Source: the human T2T-CHM13v2.0 reference genome, Homo sapiens | Length of the DNA: 64,000 bases | NCBI RefSeq assembly: GCF_009914755.1 | Contig: NC_060947.1 | Reading direction: 5' to 3' (one strand) | Shown: one piece after another, positions 59,376 through 64,000 of the stretch | Numbering within the stretch: the first letter of the stretch is position 1 | Layout of the letters: each line of letters begins with the position of its first letter | The notes under the pieces: model-generated | Seen by the model: the letters and a program-made list of their open reading frames with translations, nothing else | Told to the model about the DNA's origin: nothing | Database searches by the model: none | Translations under genes and position numbers: made by a program

Positions 59376-62300
59376 CTATTTTTTTATTATTATTTTCAGT
59401 TGATGTAGAACTTTACAAAATCTATTGACTTCAAAGAGGGATCAAAACAATCATATTCTACAGATGTACCCAATAGATATATGGATTCAATTAAGTTTGG
59501 TAGAAGATGAGAACAAAATAACTACTGATTTAGGAAAATTGGATGCAGAATAATAATTATAGTAGGGGCAATTTTGTCTGTAGATGGCAGTATGACAATT
59601 CTTGCTAGAGAATATATTGAAAAAAACTTCAACACAAAGGGTTGTAGCACTGTCCTCAGTACCATTGTGTGCATGAGGATCAGAATAGTCTGGGCTAGAT
59701 ACATCACATTAAAGCTTTTCAGAATCTGATAAATAGCTCTAAATACTAATGATATTGAGAAGCCTAGCTTCACTTGGGAAAATCTGTGGCTGTTCACAGA
59801 AATTCAGCACCAAGTTATTCCCCCCATACTCTACCAGGCCTTCAGGTCCTCATAAAGAAAAGTGTCGTTTTCAGATTAGGAACTCAAAATTATTTTGGTG
59901 CATCAAATCTACAGTCACACAATATAACAAGAATGGGATTAGAAAAATGAAAGCCTACTCATTCTCATCTTTAAGCCAGAGAATGAAATATATATGAGGT
60001 CTCTGGATAGCTATTTAAATATTTGCATATTTATGCAAGGTATTTTGAGCCCTTCAGAAGACATTCTTAAAAGATAATAACTTTTGGAAAATAAAATGTT
60101 TGCTTTCTCTAATAGGCACAAAGAAAACTGTGGGCATGTTAAGACCCAAGAAATCTGTGCACAATAACTTAAAACCCAATACATTTATGAAAGCAAGAGT
60201 TTATCCAGTGCCTTTTATCAGTGTTCCATGAAGAAATGAATACAAATTTATCCAGAAACTCTTAAATGTTGAATGATTTAAATATAATTGTTCCCTTTAA
60301 AAAGACAAGCAATGGAATTTACCCACATTTTTTTCTCGAAGTCATGCTACATGTTGAGTTTATTATTTTGTCTGTGTTAACTCTTAAAAAAGTATTAATC
60401 TTAGTTTCAGGGAATAAAGTCTTTTGAACACCTATTCAGGCTTAACAAAATAGTAGCAATGTGAAAATCAAAACTGATTTTCTTTCACCAAAAGTTCGAG
60501 ATATTAAAGAAGGCTACTGCATTCAAGATAGCAATGCAAATAGTTTACCATAACTTTGGAAATGGGTTTAAGAATGGAGGTCATTCAAGCATAAGCGCAG
60601 TTATATAATACGATAACATTAACTTTTCTCTCTGAATCACACAATGAACGTAAGGTACTAATTCAGATGTGGGTGCATTTTTGTTACAGTAGGTACACAA
60701 TTAAATGCTGTTTCAAAAGGTAAACTAGAACCCTAGTGTCTGTATAGAGAGCTTCTGTTAGACTTTAAAAGAATTTACGCTGCAGTTGTTATTTCTACAG
60801 TTTAGATGAATCCCATATTTTACATAGTTAGTGGATCTGGGATGGGCAACAAACGTTAAGAGATGTCGAACATCTCCACAGGGTGTGTTTTTGTTTATAT
60901 TTAACCATTAAAAAGGGCACTCTCATTTTCAAATTCTTATTGCTATTCTGCTTATTGGATAAGTTTCTCAACATAAAAGTATCTTTTATGACTAACACTA
61001 CATGATTTGGGTATAATAACATTTTTTCCTGGGTTTAATTTGTGACTTTCTTTAAGAAGTGTACAAAGAGTGGGTTTGTGAATTACATATGTAGATCATC
61101 ATTTTTAATAGATTTAATGAAGTTAATTAATAAAGCAAGTTCTGGTTTCAGTGCTTTTTGAAGGCACAGAGATATTTTATGAGCTAGACTGATTTTACTT
61201 GAGTTTATGAACACATAGCAAGGAGGGCATGGATGAAGAACAAAAAACTGAAGTATTTTTCAAATATCCTCACTTTTTTGTTTTTTTAAAAATATTTTGT
61301 AATCCTAAAAAGTCATTAAAAATAATAAACCTTTTTCCATGACGCATTTTATATCATATAACTAAGAGACATTTTCTGAATCATAAGAATTAGTCAAAAT
61401 ACAAAAAAGTAAATGCTAATGAGAATCAGTTATTGGTTGTTATCAGGTTTTTATTAACTGAAAGGACTATCTTAGAATCATTGAATTAGCAGATGACTTA
61501 TTTATTTCACAGCTTAAAAAGTAAATAAATTATATATTTTATTATTGGTTCACAGTTGTTTCATATTCATTACTAAATATCTTCAAGACATGAATTGGTG
61601 AACTTAGGCAGACTAATATGATACTAAAAATAATTTGAATCTTTACATTTTGTGCTACATTTGCAATGTTCTTTACCTTTTCTATATGCTCTTCAATTTG
61701 TGTTTAATGTTAGGGTGTTCAATGATGTTGCAGAATGCTAGCAAAATAAGTGAGCACTGAAAAAGAAATTATGTATTTAAAAATTCAAATGCAGTAGGTG
61801 TCTTCTTTTTAAAGAAATATCATACAAAATGGGAGAAGTGACAGCCAATACAATACAAATTCATTGTTCCTTAAGGAAATACTTAGAGTGGAATAAAATA
61901 TTACTGTTAGCAGAAGGCAGAATTATTCCAATTTATTTTAAACAGTGAGAAATGCATTTTCAAAATGAGGGTTTGGGGAATATTTACATTTAGTTCATTA
62001 CTCGTCTGAATAGAAACAGGAAAGTGGAAAATAAAATGTTCTAGTAGACTATAAGAGACAAGGGAATTCATCTGAAATTTTATGTTTTATAAAGGGAATC
62101 AAATACTTTCTAGTTCTCATAATTTCTCATTCTCCTTGATCATTCTATAGGTTGTTTTTCTGACTTGGATGTTCTGAAAATATATGGAACATTTATTAGA
62201 TAGGAGTACATATATTGCATAAAGCCATCTATACCTGGGGAATATAATGGTCGTCTTTGGCATACGTTTCTACATGTATTATGGAAGGCATTTTTGTATA

Positions 62301-62975
62301 CATTGTAGTAGAAATTTTAAAAACATGAAATTTGAGAGGATGAGGCTACACATTATCTTCTATTAACACCTTTCAAAACAAGCAGATAGCAATTGGTTGT
62401 TATGACACTAGAGAAACCATAAGTATAAATAATTATTTTAAAATCACTTTTGATCAATGTCATATAAAAGAGATAAACTGCCAAAACCAAGTCTTGCTTA
62501 ATACAATTCACCCATTAAATATTGTGAAGACTATACATTTTAAAAAAATAGAGAGGAGAATAAAAATGAAAGTAGAATTTTTTGAAGGTCTTCCAGTCAC
62601 TGTCTAAGACAAGTATTTGGGGTACATCATTTTCCAAAAAACAAACAAACAAACAAAAAACCTTACAAGTTTCTGTGATTTGAGTTGGAATAGTCTTTCA
62701 GTTTCAGAAATGAGGTGAATGAATGGTGAAAACTTTAGACAGTTCTAATTCATGCATGAAACCATCCTGTAGATATGATACATGGATTTGAAATGATAAT
62801 TGCAGTCTGAGTTAGCTTGGAATAGGATTGGTATTCACTATTGTAAAATTCAGTAACTTTGACTCTGCATTTATATTTTGGTAATGCAAATTTTAACCAT
62901 GAAGCATGCTTGGCAAATGAAACTCCTAGAACACAACCATCTGATTTTGATAACGTGTTATTTTTCTTGTCCTAG

Positions 62976-63020
62976 ACTGATTCCAGGACATCAACTATTG
63001 AAATCTGCAGTGAGATATAA
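62976..63020 (+). CDS. PCDH11X: Alternative terminal exon, coding part TDSRTSTIEICSEI* (1025-aa isoform), followed by 3'UTR
   Basis: Acceptor tttttcttgtcctAG|ACT GAT TCC AGG ACA TCA...ATA TAA is phase 0 and compatible with the 59342 donor. The peptide matches my recollection of a short PCDH11X isoform. Confidence 0.85.
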   Translation, partial: TDSRTSTIEICSEI

Positions 63021-63592
63021 CTTTCTAGGAACAACAAAATTCCATTCCCCTTCCAAAAAATTTCAATGATTGTGATTTCAAAATTAGGCTAAGATCATTA
63101 ATTTTGTAATCTAGATTTCCCATTATAAAAGCAAGCAAAAATCATCTTAAAAATGATGTCCTAGTGAACCTTGTGCTTTCTTTAGCTGTAATCTGGCAAT
63201 GGAAATTTAAAATTTATGGAAGAGACAGTGCAGCACAATAACAGAGTACTCTCATGCTGTTTCTCTGTTTGCTCTGAATCAACAGCCATGATGTAATATA
63301 AGGCTGTCTTGGTGTATACACTTATGGTTAATATATCAGTCATGAAACATGCAATTACTTGCCCTGTCTGATTGTTGAATAATTAAAACATTATCTCCAG
63401 GAGTTTGGAAGTGAGCTGAACTAGCCAAACTACTCTCTGAAAGGTATCCAGGGCAAGAGACATTTTTAAGACCCCAAACAAACAAAAAACAAAACCAAAA
63501 CACTCTGGTTCAGTGTTTTGAAAATATTCACTAACATAATATTGCTGAGAAAATCATTTTTATTACCCACCACTCTGCTTAAAAGTTGAGTG

Positions 63593-63957
<365 letters not shown>

Positions 63958-63976
63958 TTATTAAAAAGTTATTTTT

Positions 63977-64000
63977 GGCTGGGTGTGGTGGCTCACACCT
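63977..64000 (+). mobile_element. Start of another Alu, cut by the window edge
   Basis: ggctgggtgtggtggctcacacct. Confidence 0.8.

Overview
Human genomic DNA (AT-rich, dense in Alu and L1) from inside the delta-1 protocadherin gene PCDH11X, which lies on the + strand. The window holds the first coding exon (ATG 15577, donor after 16116), a ~40.7-kb intron, and the 2.5-kb exon encoding most cadherin repeats, the TM helix and the proximal tail (56850-59342). That exon can read through to a stop at 59375, or splice to a short alternative terminal exon (62976-63020) that the ORF track misses. The intact MDLLSG start and Cys517/Cys680 point to the X copy rather than PCDH11Y. The rest is mostly transposon-derived: a near full-length dead L1PA2/3-type element (1-5782), a 13-kb nest (old L1 > L1PA > THE1), several Alus and a FAM, MER3/MER20, MIR/L2 relics and local tandem duplications. 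There are no prokaryotic systems, CRISPR arrays, rRNA or tRNA genes. The best hypotheses, all unverified, are: (1) the L1 antisense ORF0 is open and its first donor is in frame with PCDH11X; (2) the big exon is phase 0-0, stop-free and bracketed by inverted AluYs, so a circle would be an endless ORF; (3) the PCDH11Y N-terminal extension is already present here, out of frame by 13 bp. Repeat subfamily calls come from recalled consensus sequences and need RepeatMasker confirmation.
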